A stretch of 63,399 nucleotides of DNA, filler included, from Psammoneis japonica (taxonomy: Eukaryota): NCBI GenBank assembly GCA_008632985.1. It is 4 parts of 4 records of this genome, joined end to end, with 100 filler letters (N's around TTAATTAATTAA, not from the genome) between each part and the next. Parts side by side here need not be neighbours in the genome. Positions count along the whole stretch, not along the records: positions 1 to 27,111 come from QPGO01000362.1; 3 more parts are not named here. The stretch is one strand, 5' to 3'. The notes under the pieces were generated by a model. It did not search any database, was not told the DNA's origin, and saw nothing but the letters and a program-made list of their open reading frames with translations. A program made the translations under genes and the position numbers. This document shows positions 1 to 11,037 of this stretch, piece by piece. Each line of letters begins with the position of its first letter. The first letter of the stretch is position 1.

Positions 1-244
1 GGATGGCCAGCCTTGTCATGAGCACAGCTGTGCCAATTGTGGTTGTTCTGAATCTAAAAAAGGTGAGAAGAGAGATGTCTTGACAAATGTTTTCTTGACA
101 AATGTTTGAGATGTCTTCAACAATTTGTGGTCCAAAAGAGCCAAAATTTGGGGCCACAAAAATTGAACATTGATGAACAGGTGTTGTGGATGTTGTGAGG
201 TGTGAACAGATGTTGACAGTCACAAAGAAATGGGTGTCTTTTGA

Positions 245-2349
245 ATGAACAAAATGTTGCAGACTGCATCAAACGATTTCTCAATTGATGAGTGCTTTGT
301 CCTTCTTGGCATCTGGGTGACATGTCAAGTCCTTCATTTACAATGAACCACAATGGGATGTCTGTTGTGCCTCTGCATCATTGTGGATCATCCAATGGAC
401 CTTCTCTTCAATGTTGCCCATGTCATCCAGGGAACAGCAGGGTGTGCCATCTTGGCAGAGTCATTGGAGCCCCCTGCTGTCAGACATCAGTGCCCATTTC
501 AAGCTGGAAGCCACATCATTTTCTTCCAGGACAAGTGTCACTTTGCGCTCCAACTGCTCCAACATGGGAAATGTGGATAAAACCAAAGACATCCCATCAA
601 TGGCATTGTCAACCAATTCATCCATTGTGATCAGCTTTGCACAAACTGGGGAAGAGTTGGCATGACCATGCACAACACAACATTGTTCTGCAGCCAGACA
701 ACATTTTCAAACATCATTTTTGGGAAGAGTGGCAACTGTGTCAATGTTGTTGAGATGTGCAAAGACAGTCAGTTGGCCATGAAAGATGGCCACATTCTTT
801 TTTGCTTGCCAAGGAACACCCCTGCTAGAAACATCAAACAAATCGTTGCAATGCCTTCTTGAATTCAGCCTCCAAATGATTGGTTGCAAATGACCCCCCA
901 TTGAATCACATGAGGATCCTTGCACAAATTGCTCATGTTGTCCCAGCAAACTGCACTGGCTTGGTTGTTTCCATGATGCCTGGGGGGCAGTCACATGTTC
1001 CAGCTCTGATTCACTGATTTGTGCATGAAACTTGCTGAAATGGGGGACGCGGAGGTGACGGAGGTCTCTGTCTTCAGAGTTTGTTTTGCGACACATTCTC
1101 AACCTTGGCATTGTTTTGCTTGGAGCAACAGTGGAGGTCTGCCAAAGCTCTCTTGATGCTGTTGGTGTGTTTGTTGCTGGAGCAGTGACTGCATGGACAT
1201 TTCAACATCATGACAACAATGGCACAATGGCGCAGCATCCCCTTGGATGCAAACAAGGAAATCTCAAGTTCAGAGACATGAAACACACCATCCATTTCAA
1301 CAGATGTGCCAACCACAAACACCTGCCTCTCTTTTGCATTGTGCTCTTCTTCTGGCTGAAAAACAGTGAAGAACGATGGCTTGGCAGCTTTGATGGGAAT
1401 GGCAAATCTTTTGCGTTCCATTGCATTTTGGCATGCACCAACTGCCCATGTAAATCTGATGGTCATGAGCAAGCCAAGAAGTGACTGAGTGCCTTCCAAC
1501 AGCTGTGGCAAGGTGAGAAGATTCTCTGGTGGCTCAAGATTCCCCTGAATGACCTCAAGCAGTGTTTCTCTGTCAATCTGCATTGCAACACCCTGTTGGA
1601 CAGTGCCCAGCATCCTCAAATTGAGCAAGCCAAACATGACACCAGTCAACAACCCAGCAAAGACATGCACAAAAGAAGCAGTCAGTCCAAAGCAAAGTCC
1701 CAACATCACCCAAAGGCCCCGCAGAGCTGAGAGTTTGACAAAGAGACTTGTGCTGATGGCAGCAGCACATGGTGGGGCAGCGACACACCCCAGCCCAAAC
1801 AGAAGCACACAAACTTGTTGGCACACATGTTCATTCCTGGTGATGAAACAGCTGCAACAATGGGAACTTGCATGATGACAAGGATTGTCAAAAGACCAAA
1901 GACCAACCAACCACACCATGCTTGGCAGAATGGAATTCACACTTCCTGCTGCGCCTGCGCAGTCTGTCAAGCAGGGCTGCATGCAACCAGAGCAGCAGCA
2001 GCAGAGCAGCTGCTGTCGTGCAAAGCAAAGCCTCAATGGGCATGAAGTTCCATCAGTCAGGTTTCATTTCTGGTGGAGGTGCTTTTGATGTGGAAGGATG
2101 GTGATCACATTTGGCTTCAACTTCTTCTTTGTTGGGTTTCACGTCACATCTGGTGTGGAGCATGCCCCATTTCTGGGTCTGCTTGCTCGGATGCCACATC
2201 GGGTGCTGAATCAGAAACTGGTTTCTCTCCTGCCTGAGTTTTGTTGGCCGCTCCCTCAGCCATGTCCAAAGGAGGTGGCCCATTTTCAGTGGGCTCTTCC
2301 CGCACAGTGAGTGCGGCCGACCCCTCTTTCTTCCCTCACTCATTTTCAC
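245..2349 (-). pseudogene. Glycosyltransferase family 90 (CAP10-like) gene, disrupted and TpA-depleted
   Basis: Fragments in shifting frames resemble GT90 motifs: PIIWRLNSRRH..VPWQAKKNVAIFHGQLT (707-1111), LEENDVASSLKWALMSDS (461-673), then PLDDMGNIEEKVHWMIHNDAEAQ and DL.HPDAKKD near 250-430. There are several stops and frameshifts. The extent upstream of ~1130 is uncertain. Confidence 0.7.
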
Positions 2350-2599
2350 TGTTGCTTGTTCTTGAGCTTGAGGACAGAAAAGAGCAAAACGGAGCGGTTG
2401 GGAATGGGTTCATTGTCACAGTGAAGTCGTTTGCACAGGAAGCACATGACAAAAAGAACACTCTCCTGAACGACTGCTTTCTGCTCTGACATCCACACCT
2501 CGAAATGCTCGAGCAGTCGAAAGTCGAAATCCAAAAATCAAAAAAGAAAGTCATCGAGTCGTCCAAGTCGATTGAATCCGCCCAAAAAGCACGTGGTGC

Positions 2600-2781
2600 C
2601 AAGCAAATCTGGATGGAGGGCCATGTCATAATTGGTGATTGGTTGAGATGTGTGGATCGAGTGGTGCTGCAGCGACACGCTCACAATCTAATCAGGTTTG
2701 GGTTCGCATTGACAGTGTCACCACTTTCTATTTAGACTTAAGGTGTCGTGCTTGTTCTTTCGTTGCATCGAGATTTATTCG
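2600..2781 (+). repeat. 5' LTR
   Basis: Colinear with 9238-9419; ends form an imperfect inverted repeat (caagcaaatct...agatttattcg). Confidence 0.9.
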
Positions 2782-3241
2782 CTTTGTCAGAGCTAAGACG
2801 AAAAAGACAGAGCGAAATGGTTTCGAGTGCAATTCGTCATGGACGATTGTTTGTTGCGTTGTTTGCATGGAACGTGCAGCTGTAGAAACAGCACTGAACT
2901 GTGCGTGATGCATCAGAATTCGGATTGATGCACACGATGATGCGTCTCGTGTCGCTTGTTGTGATGTCCACAAAAACAGCTTGCAATGGCAACACTCGCA
3001 AAGACAGTCACTGTCCTCACATGTGTGATGGGTGTGAAGGGACTGCGGCATTGGGCGACATGCCCGAGCGTGTGCTCAACAATGTCGGTTGACATGAACG
3101 ACACAGGACTGATCACCCTGATGTCGGGTGGCTGTGTGAACCCGTTGTCACAACACAGAGAAAGTGTGGCCATCATGACCATGCAGACTCACAGCTGCAT
3201 GTTCCCGGTGCGGGACCTTTGCACCCTTTCTCTGTTGCAGG

Positions 3242-4786
3242 ATGGCAGCAGCGGCAGCACCAGCAGCAGCACTTGCAGCGTCAGCCGCGGCAGCTGACGT
3301 TGACGCAGTCTCACAAGTTTGTGGTGTTGCTGACCAGAACGCAAGGGCGAGGTTGGTCTTCTGTGAAGGGTTCACGACTTTGGAAAACATCGCAGTGATG
3401 GAGAGTGATCACGATGTGGAAGACATGGCGCAGAGGGCGTCTCGTCGCATGGTGGCCGACGGACGTGTGACTCTTGGGACCACTCAGATCAAGAACTTGC
3501 AGGCGCCAGCATGGTGGTGCCAGGATTTGCTCAAACGGAATCAGCCATTGGTTGTGGCAGACTTTAATGTGGCAGCTGTGGCTGCAGCCCGGAATGGCAG
3601 GCGCATCGAAAAGGAGCGCACAGATTGGGACGCGTCGGCAAGCGGTCTTGTAAAGTTCAAGCCCGATGACTTCGATGTGTGCAAAGATGCTTTCTTGAAT
3701 CTCTTGGCACAGAAATTTGGCGTGTTGAAAGAACCCCTTCGCTGTGTTGCAAGGACAATGCCAGCTCCGGCTGCATTCACGGATGCTCAACAACAGCGTG
3801 TGCACCAGATGCCATTGAATGGCGCCGCATGTGATGAGGACAACTGCAGCGTTTGCCGCATGTTGAAGGAATGCTTGGTCGACACGGCAGGGTGGGCATG
3901 GATCGAACCGTTTGATGCGACAGAAGACGGACGTGGAGCATTCAACGCATGGGTTGACCATTGCAATGGACAGGGCGAGTTGAGCAAGCGCATCCATCTG
4001 GCTACAGCAACTGTTGAAACCTTGTTTTACAAAAAGGAAGCATCGCTCCCATTCGAAAAGTTCAATGAGAAACTTGCCAGTGCTTTCGCTGCTTTGAACA
4101 AATCACCGGACGACCGCAAATCTGAACGACAGAAAGTTGACATTCTTCTAAAAGGGATCCGAACGGATGACACTCGTCTCATTGCAGCAACGGCTGTCAT
4201 TGGCAGTCAGCACCCTCGTGACTTCGCGGGGGCATGTGCTCATTTCTCATCCGAAGTCTCTCGTTTGCATGCAGGTGCTCAGTTGGAAGCCCGGCATTGC
4301 TCGAAGCGCAAGATTTCTGAAATGAGCCATGGTGGCGGCGGTGGCCGCGGTTTTTATCGAGGTCGCGGTCACGGAGGAAGATTTGGACGTGGGGGTGGAT
4401 GCGGACGTGGTGGTGGCCGTCAAGGCAGAGGTGGCGACCACACTACGATGATCAATGAAGTCGATGCATCCGACCCTGCAAGGAGCTTTAGCGCTCAAGA
4501 ATGGGAAAAGTTGCAGTGTAATGGAGGCATGAGCTGCGTGTTCCAAGCTCGCGAACGAATGGGTCATGGACGCAGTGGTGGCCGTGGGTCTCCCGCAGGT
4601 CGACAAGGACGCGATGGGGGCGGCAGGCATGCAGCTGAAGCCCAAGTCTGTCAAGATGGCCAAGGCCAAACCCAACAACAGGATCAGGAGCAAAGGAGTG
4701 GCAGGCGTGGTCGCGGTGCTGACCGGGATCGCGGTGGACACAATGGACGCGCCTTCGGTCGGGGAGCCTGCAATGGTTCCACCTGA
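3242..4786 (+). CDS. gag: Copia Gag-like protein with RGG-rich C-terminus (mutated)
   Basis: 514-aa ATG-started ORF between the 5' LTR and pol; DGRGAF motif and Gly/Arg-rich tail; only 2 Tyr. Confidence 0.8.
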   Translation: MAAAAAPAAALAASAAAADVDAVSQVCGVADQNARARLVFCEGFTTLENIAVMESDHDVEDMAQRASRRMVADGRVTLGTTQIKNLQAPAWWCQDLLKRNQPLVVADFNVAAVAAARNGRRIEKERTDWDASASGLVKFKPDDFDVCKDAFLNLLAQKFGVLKEPLRCVARTMPAPAAFTDAQQQRVHQMPLNGAACDEDNCSVCRMLKECLVDTAGWAWIEPFDATEDGRGAFNAWVDHCNGQGELSKRIHLATATVETLFYKKEASLPFEKFNEKLASAFAALNKSPDDRKSERQKVDILLKGIRTDDTRLIAATAVIGSQHPRDFAGACAHFSSEVSRLHAGAQLEARHCSKRKISEMSHGGGGGRGFYRGRGHGGRFGRGGGCGRGGGRQGRGGDHTTMINEVDASDPARSFSAQEWEKLQCNGGMSCVFQARERMGHGRSGGRGSPAGRQGRDGGGRHAAEAQVCQDGQGQTQQQDQEQRSGRRGRGADRDRGGHNGRAFGRGACNGST

Positions 4787-7700
4787 CTCCTTGGGGTGGC
4801 AACAGCTGCTGGAGTGTTGGCGCATTTGGCACACTTGTCGTTTTTGCTTGTGTTGCTCTTCTTGCTGTTGACCAAACCCCACCCAATGTCTCGTTTCAAA
4901 GGAAAGGCGACAAAGAGGCACATTGCCGTGACATCAAAACGTGTGATCCGATTGACGAGTTCTGCACAGATGACAAATTTGACGACACCTGGGTTTGTCG
5001 CTTGAAATGAATGTGATGCTCACGCGGACACTTGTTGCGCTGGGGCGAACTGGAAGCTCATGGAGATGACAAATGAAGTGTGCAAGGTGCATCCATTTCT
5101 GGACTCTCATGAGCCGATCAAACAGATTCCTGTGGCACGTTGTTGCACCGCATGGACAGATCCGGAAACGACTCGTGAATGTTCACTGGTTGGTGATCAA
5201 ATGCTCTGGTTTGGGACCGACATGGAACACTCACTTTTGAATCCTAACCAACTCCGTGCGCACAACATGCCCATGCACGACAACCCTTGCGACACCCGAA
5301 ACGGATTTGGCATTGAAGCTGACGAAGCTTTCATCCCTTTCAATGCCATGGGGACAATTGTGTCTTTCAAGTCTCGTGTTCCGACGGATTGGGAAGTGCA
5401 GAACTTGCCGGTCATGCTGTTGACAGGTGACACATGGGATCCAGCACAGATGGACATGGGCTTGCCGGAGCGCACTAGAGAGCAGGCGGAGATGTGTGCC
5501 ATTCGATCATTGACCTCTGGCATGCGACAAGAACAGGTCTCGGAATTGAGGAGCGAGAAGGCAAAGTCCCAAGCAGCACGCTGGGGCGAAGTCGAAATGC
5601 AACTGTCGTCCATGTCCCCCATCTGTCAACTTCAATCGTTTTGCGACAGGCTCATCAGCTCAGTGAACGTGGCTTGCACATGTCGCGACGACGTGGACAA
5701 GAGGCAGAGGGCAGTCAAAGATTTGTGTGGTGAGGATCGGCACTCGAAGGTTGACGCTGAAGAGCTGGCCCAAAAATGGAATGTCGGTTTAGAAATGGCA
5801 AAAGACACTCTCAATGTAACAACTCAGCGCGGTGTACGAACGGCGACCCAGCCGATGTCACGAAGAGTGAGGGTGGATCATCTTGACTTGCATCGGAAGC
5901 GTCTGAAAGGAACATGGTTTGTGGACACTTTGATGTCCAAGGTGAAGTCTTTGCTTGGCAACACGTGTGCCAATGTTTGTGCTCAGGGCAAATTCGTGAA
6001 GGTCGTGCCGATGACCGCCAGGTCGGAGGCAGGTTTGTCTCTTGTTGAATTCACAGACGACGTGGGTGTGCCAGAATGTCTCATGTCGGACGGGGCAGGA
6101 GAGTTCACAGGAAGGAGCACCGAATTTGTGAGACACGCACGATGCATGAGAGTGCAACCAAGAACATCAGAGCAGGGTCGGAAGAACCAGAACCAGGCAG
6201 CGGAGCTCGAAATTGGTTTCTTGGCCAAACGTTGGCGGCTGCGGATGACGAAGAAGAAGGCATCAAAGCGACTGTGGGATTTTGGTCTTGTTTGCGAGTC
6301 GGAATTAGTGTCGTGCATGGCAAGAGGCAGGGACAAGAGGACTGGACATGAAGAGGTCACTGGGCAGACACCAGAGACAGGCGAGCATTTGGATTTTGGT
6401 TTCTGCGATGTGGTGTGGTGGTGGGACAGGCCCAACAAGCCGAGTGCAACTGACGATCCTCGAAGGCTTGGACGGTGGCTTGGCATCTCACACAAAGTTG
6501 GCTCGGACATGTGCCATTGGATCATTGCGGAAAGCGGGAAGATTGTCTCCAAAACATCAGTCGAGCACGTGACACAGGCTGATGTGGTGCAACCGGATGT
6601 TCGCGTTGAGGTCGACAACTTTAATGAGCAGCTGGAGAAGCGATTGGACGATGCCAACTTTGTCTTAAAAGGCGATGAAGCTGTGCCCGCATTCGTGTTG
6701 GATGATCTTGCAATTGATGGCAACCTCGGTGTGGAACATGAGGGCAGCATCACGCCAGAGGACGAGGAATGTGGCAACATGCCATCACCCGACGAGCGAC
6801 CAGATGACGACGACGAGCAGGCAATCGATCAACACCTGGGAATGGAGCTCATGTTTGACATCGGAGCCGACGGCGAGCGATGTGGTGTTGTAACGAAACG
6901 TGCAAGAGGACAAGATGGGCGTCCAATTGGGACTCGGCATCAAAACCCATTGTTTGACACTCGCGAGTGCGAAGTGGAACACACCGACGGAACCACAGAT
7001 GAGCACACAGCCAATGTCATTGCCGAGAACATGTTTGCTCAGGTCGACAGCGAGGGCAACCAGCATTCTATCTTACACGAGATGCAGGACCATGAGAGGA
7101 GTGACAATGCGGTGTCGATTGCTGACGGCACCGTACGAACCGCTGACGGGAAGGAGAAGAAGAAGATCACAACAAAAGGATGGAAGTCATTGGTCGGATG
7201 GAAGGATGGCAGCTCATCTTGGGTCAAACTCAAAGATCTAAAGGACTCCAACCCCATTGAAGTTGCTGAGTGTGCTGTTGCGAACAGGTTGACGGAGGAA
7301 CCTGCTTTTGCTTGGTGGGTCACACATGTCCCACGCAAACGGAATCGCATTGCATCCAAGGTCAAGAAGAAGCACTGGCGCACGACTCACAAGTTTGGGA
7401 CCCGATCACCCAAGTCCACGGAGGACGCTTTGCGGATTGATCAGGAAACGGGGACAGATTGTTGGGCTTGTGCAATCAACAAGGAGATGGCAAAGGCAAA
7501 GGTGGCATGGCACGAGCACGAAGCTGAAACCCCTCAAGTCGTCCAGGAAGGTGAGAGTGCAACTTTGCGTGGTCATCAGGAGATCAGGTGCCACATGGCA
7601 TTCGACATTAAAATGGATTTCACCAGAAAGGCAAGGTTTGTAGCTGGCGGACACACGACAGAGGCCCCGGCATCGATCACTTGCTCTGGCGTGGTTTCCA

Positions 7701-9073
7701 GAGACAGTGTGCGACTTGGATTCTTGTCAGCAGCCTTGAATGGTGTCGATGTTGCAGCGATTGATCTGGAGAATGCTTGTCTCAATGCACCGTGCGCAGA
7801 AAAGACATGGTTTGAAGGCGGAAAGGAATGCGGCGAGCACGAAGGAAAGGCACTTGTTGTTGCTCGGGCGTCACATGGCTTGAAGAGCTCGGGATGCTCT
7901 TGGAGGTCTGCACTGTCATCGGTCTTGCGTGACTTGGGCTTCGAATTGACGAGAGCAGACCCAGATGTCCACTTGTGTGCGGCGACTCGTGAGGATGGGC
8001 ACGAGCATTGTGAAATGCTTTTGGTTTGTGTCAATGATGTGCCAATCATTTCCCATCAAGGGAAGTCCACTGTCACTGCAATGGGTGAACACTGTGCCGT
8101 GAAGCCCGGCAGTGAAGGAGAACCAGAAGTTTGTCTTGGAGCCAACGTTGAGAAGGTTCAGACTCAGGATGGGCACACAATCTGGGCGAGTTCACCGAGG
8201 TCATGTGTCAAATCGGCGATTGAGACTGTGGAAGGCCTGTTGGATGAAGACGGCAATGGAGAGTTTCTGAAGAACAGTGCAAAGGATCCACCACCCCCGA
8301 AGCACAAACCGGAACTGGGCGTGATGGACGAGTTAGGCCCCGACTTGGTGGACAGGCATTTGCAGTTGACAGGGATTTGTCGTTGGGCGATCGAGTTGGG
8401 TCGCATCGATGTCTTGCATGAGGTTTCAATCCTGTCTCAACATCAAGCTAATCCAAGGAAAGGACATCTTGAGGCATTGCATCATGTGTTTGCGTGTGTG
8501 AAGAAACACCAGAACATTGAACGCATCGGATTTGATCCAAAGGAGCCGGTGATTGATGAATCTATTTTCAATTCGAACGCAGACTGGACCGAGTTTTACG
8601 GGGACGTTGAGGAGGAACTGCCGCCACGGGCACCAAAGCCTCGTGGTGATCCGGAAAACATCTGTGCATTTGTTGACGCCAACCATGCAGGGAATGGCGC
8701 GCCAGTGGCATGGTTCAGCAAGCGGCAGAACACGGTGGAATCGGCAATGTTTGGAAGTGAATTGGTTGCGATGCGGATTTGCAAGGAATTGATCGTTGCT
8801 TTGCGTCACAAGCTTCGCATGTTTGGGGTTCCCCTTGAAGGACCGGCAAGTGTCTTTTGTGACAATCACGGTGTTGCAAAGAATGCAAGTGTGCCCGAGT
8901 CGGTTTTGCACAAGAAGCATGATGCCATCAACTGCCATGTTGTGCGAGAAGCGGTCGCAGCGGGAATTGTTCGTGTTGGCAAGGAGGATGCGGAAACGAA
9001 CTTGGCCGATCTACTTACGAAGGTGGTTGCAGGAGAGCGGCGATGGAAGCTTTGCTCGTGTGTTTTTTGGCAA
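4787..9073 (+). pseudogene. pol: Copia Pol (protease, integrase, RT, RNase H), inactivated
   Basis: ECDAHADTCCAG protease motif just after an in-frame TGA (5003-5005); integrase SDGAGEF/EIG; RT RKARFVAGGH with CVND in place of YVDD; RNase H FVDANHAG..FCDN..NLADLLTK with a short in-frame deletion near 8695. The probable original stop (9071-9073) now reads CAA. Confidence 0.92.
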
Positions 9074-9237
9074 TGTCCCGACACCAAGGCCAGGCACCTG
9101 TGGCTCGCGCCCACATGTCGTGGCCTCCCAAGCCAGCATGTCTGGAGGTTTAATTTGGGTTCTTGTGGTTTGCCTCTCTGTGAGAGGATGTCACATGTTC
9201 AGACGAATTGGCACTGTCATTGCCGTTTCGCGGGGAC

Positions 9238-9419
9238 CGAGCAAATCTGGATGGAGGGCTGTGTCACAATTGGTGATTGGTCAAGATGTGTGGATCGAGT
9301 GGTGCTGCAGCGACACGCTCACAATCTAATCAGGTTTAGGTTCACATTGACAGTGTCACTGCTTTCTGTTTAGACTTAAGGTGTCGTGCTTGTTCTTTCG
9401 TTGCATCGAGATTTATTCA
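9238..9419 (+). repeat. 3' LTR
   Basis: Colinear with 2600-2781 (cgagcaaatct...agatttattca). Confidence 0.9.
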
Positions 9420-9567
9420 GTGCGGCAGTTCCACAACAACTCTTGAACTTGAACTCCGCAAAACAGAATTTGGATTTTCGATTTCCGATGCCAGAACCCA
9501 CAGAAGAACCAGATGCGACAGTTTGTCATTGATGCAGCTTCATCGCATTCATTCGCTTGTTGAAATC

Positions 9568-11037
9568 ATGGCAGAGGCTGCAGCATCAGCTGCCGCAAAT
9601 TTGGTGGCGTCAAGAGCCGTTGACGCTGCAAAACAATCGATTCTCGCACAAAACGTGGATCAATGCAATGAAGATGACGTAAAGGCAGCAATTCTCAGCG
9701 AACTCGAGCAAATCAAGGAAGACATGGATGTCCTTCGTAGTGCAGACTTTCGTGCGGCTCGCGATGAGCTCCAACATTGGCATGCATCAAGTGAACCCAT
9801 TGAGAGTGAACTTCAAAAGGAGCGTCTTCGGTCCGCTCGTCACAGTTCCGTGCGCGCCTTTAACACTGTCCCGGATCCCCAGGATAAGATCTCGGCAGCC
9901 TTTTTCGTGATTTTCTGTAATTGTCATCTCGTGGCTCTTGGTGACGACAAGAATGCAGAGCCAAATTGGCTTGCTGGAAAGCGAGAAGCGCAGAGTCTGC
10001 TACGACAGTATTTCTTCCAGTCTTGTGTCACGCTTAACTACGCAGTCTATGACCTTGTTCCTCGCAGTGAGAACGGCAACCACCCCACATTTCCAGAGGA
10101 CGCGGAGAAAGCTGCACTCCAGCTGCTTTCGTCCAAAACGTTGCAAATGGGTGTGGTCAGCCCAAAAATATCCCATTTGCTTTCGGAGCCTCTGTTGTGG
10201 TCAACTCTAAGAGGGCACACGGATTGGATCTTTTGCTGCACTGTGTTTGCCAATGACACTCGAGCCCTGAGCGTAAGTGACGACCAAACGCTCAAAGTGT
10301 GGGACTTGTCCAATGGAAACGAACTGCTTACACTCAAAGGGCACACGGATAGGGTCTATTGCTGCACTGTGTTTGCCAATGGTACTCGAGCCCTGAGCGG
10401 AAGTGACGACCAAACGCTCAAAGTTTGGGACTTGTCCAATGGAAACGAACTGTTTACACTCAAAGGGCACAGGGATTGTGTCGGATGCTGCACTGTGTTT
10501 GCCAATGACACTCGAGCCCTGAGCGTAAGTGGTGACCGAACGCTCAAAGTGTGGGACTTGTCCAATGGAAACGAAGTGTTGACACTCTATGGGCATGCGG
10601 GTTGGGTCGGATGCTGCACTGTGTTTGCCAATGACACTCGAGCCCTGAGCGCAAGTGACGACCAAACGCTCAAAGTTTGGGATTTGTCCAATGGAAACGA
10701 ACTGCTTACACTCAAAGGGCACACAGATTATGTCAGATGCTGCACTGTGTTTGCCAATGACACTCGAGCCCTGAGTGGAAGTGACGACCTGACGCTCAAA
10801 GTGTGGGATTTGTCCAATGGAAACGAACTGTTTACACTCAAAGGGCACATGGATTATGTCAGATGTTGCACTGTGTTTGCCAATGACACTCGGGCCCTGA
10901 GCGCAAGTGGCGACAAGACGCTCAAAGTGTGGGCGTTGCCACTCACGATGACGAAAGAAAAGTCGCGTACGCTGTGGCCAAAGAGTGGAAGGACCGATTG
11001 TTGTTCGTTCTTTTCTGCTGTAATGCTGATACGTTGA
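9568..11037 (+). CDS. WD40-repeat protein with an unassigned N-terminal domain and six near-identical repeats
   Basis: Uninterrupted ORF from ATG 9568; repeats of LKGH.D.V.CCTVFANDTRALS.SDDQTLKVWDL. Confidence 0.85.
   Translation: MAEAAASAAANLVASRAVDAAKQSILAQNVDQCNEDDVKAAILSELEQIKEDMDVLRSADFRAARDELQHWHASSEPIESELQKERLRSARHSSVRAFNTVPDPQDKISAAFFVIFCNCHLVALGDDKNAEPNWLAGKREAQSLLRQYFFQSCVTLNYAVYDLVPRSENGNHPTFPEDAEKAALQLLSSKTLQMGVVSPKISHLLSEPLLWSTLRGHTDWIFCCTVFANDTRALSVSDDQTLKVWDLSNGNELLTLKGHTDRVYCCTVFANGTRALSGSDDQTLKVWDLSNGNELFTLKGHRDCVGCCTVFANDTRALSVSGDRTLKVWDLSNGNEVLTLYGHAGWVGCCTVFANDTRALSASDDQTLKVWDLSNGNELLTLKGHTDYVRCCTVFANDTRALSGSDDLTLKVWDLSNGNELFTLKGHMDYVRCCTVFANDTRALSASGDKTLKVWALPLTMTKEKSRTLWPKSGRTDCCSFFSAVMLIR
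10204..10935 (+). repeat. Tandem 126-bp WD40-coding repeat, ~6 units
   Basis: Unit starts at 10204, 10330, 10456, 10582, 10708 and 10834. Confidence 0.95.

Larger units (their letters stand above)
2600..9419 (+). mobile_element. Full-length Ty1/copia LTR retrotransposon (diatom CoDi-like), hypermutated
   Basis: 182-bp direct repeats at both ends; gag followed by pol in PR-IN-RT-RNaseH order; GTGC flanks both sides (2596-2599 and 9420-9423). Confidence 0.95.

Noticed and set aside
9074..9373. C-terminal extension of Pol as an extra domain
   Set aside because: It translates 3' UTR and LTR sequence after a probable TAA>CAA stop loss.
2600..9419. Classical fungal RIP or simple CpG decay as the cause
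   Set aside because: RIP creates TA (CA>TA) and CpG decay cannot remove TA; the conserved Tyr>Cys/His changes show the opposite direction.
2600..9419. ADAR-type RNA editing fixed by reverse transcription, or DGR-like mutagenesis
   Set aside because: Both A>G and T>C occur on one strand, the two LTRs changed independently, and satellite, MITE and host-gene DNA are affected too; no template/variable repeat pair is present.
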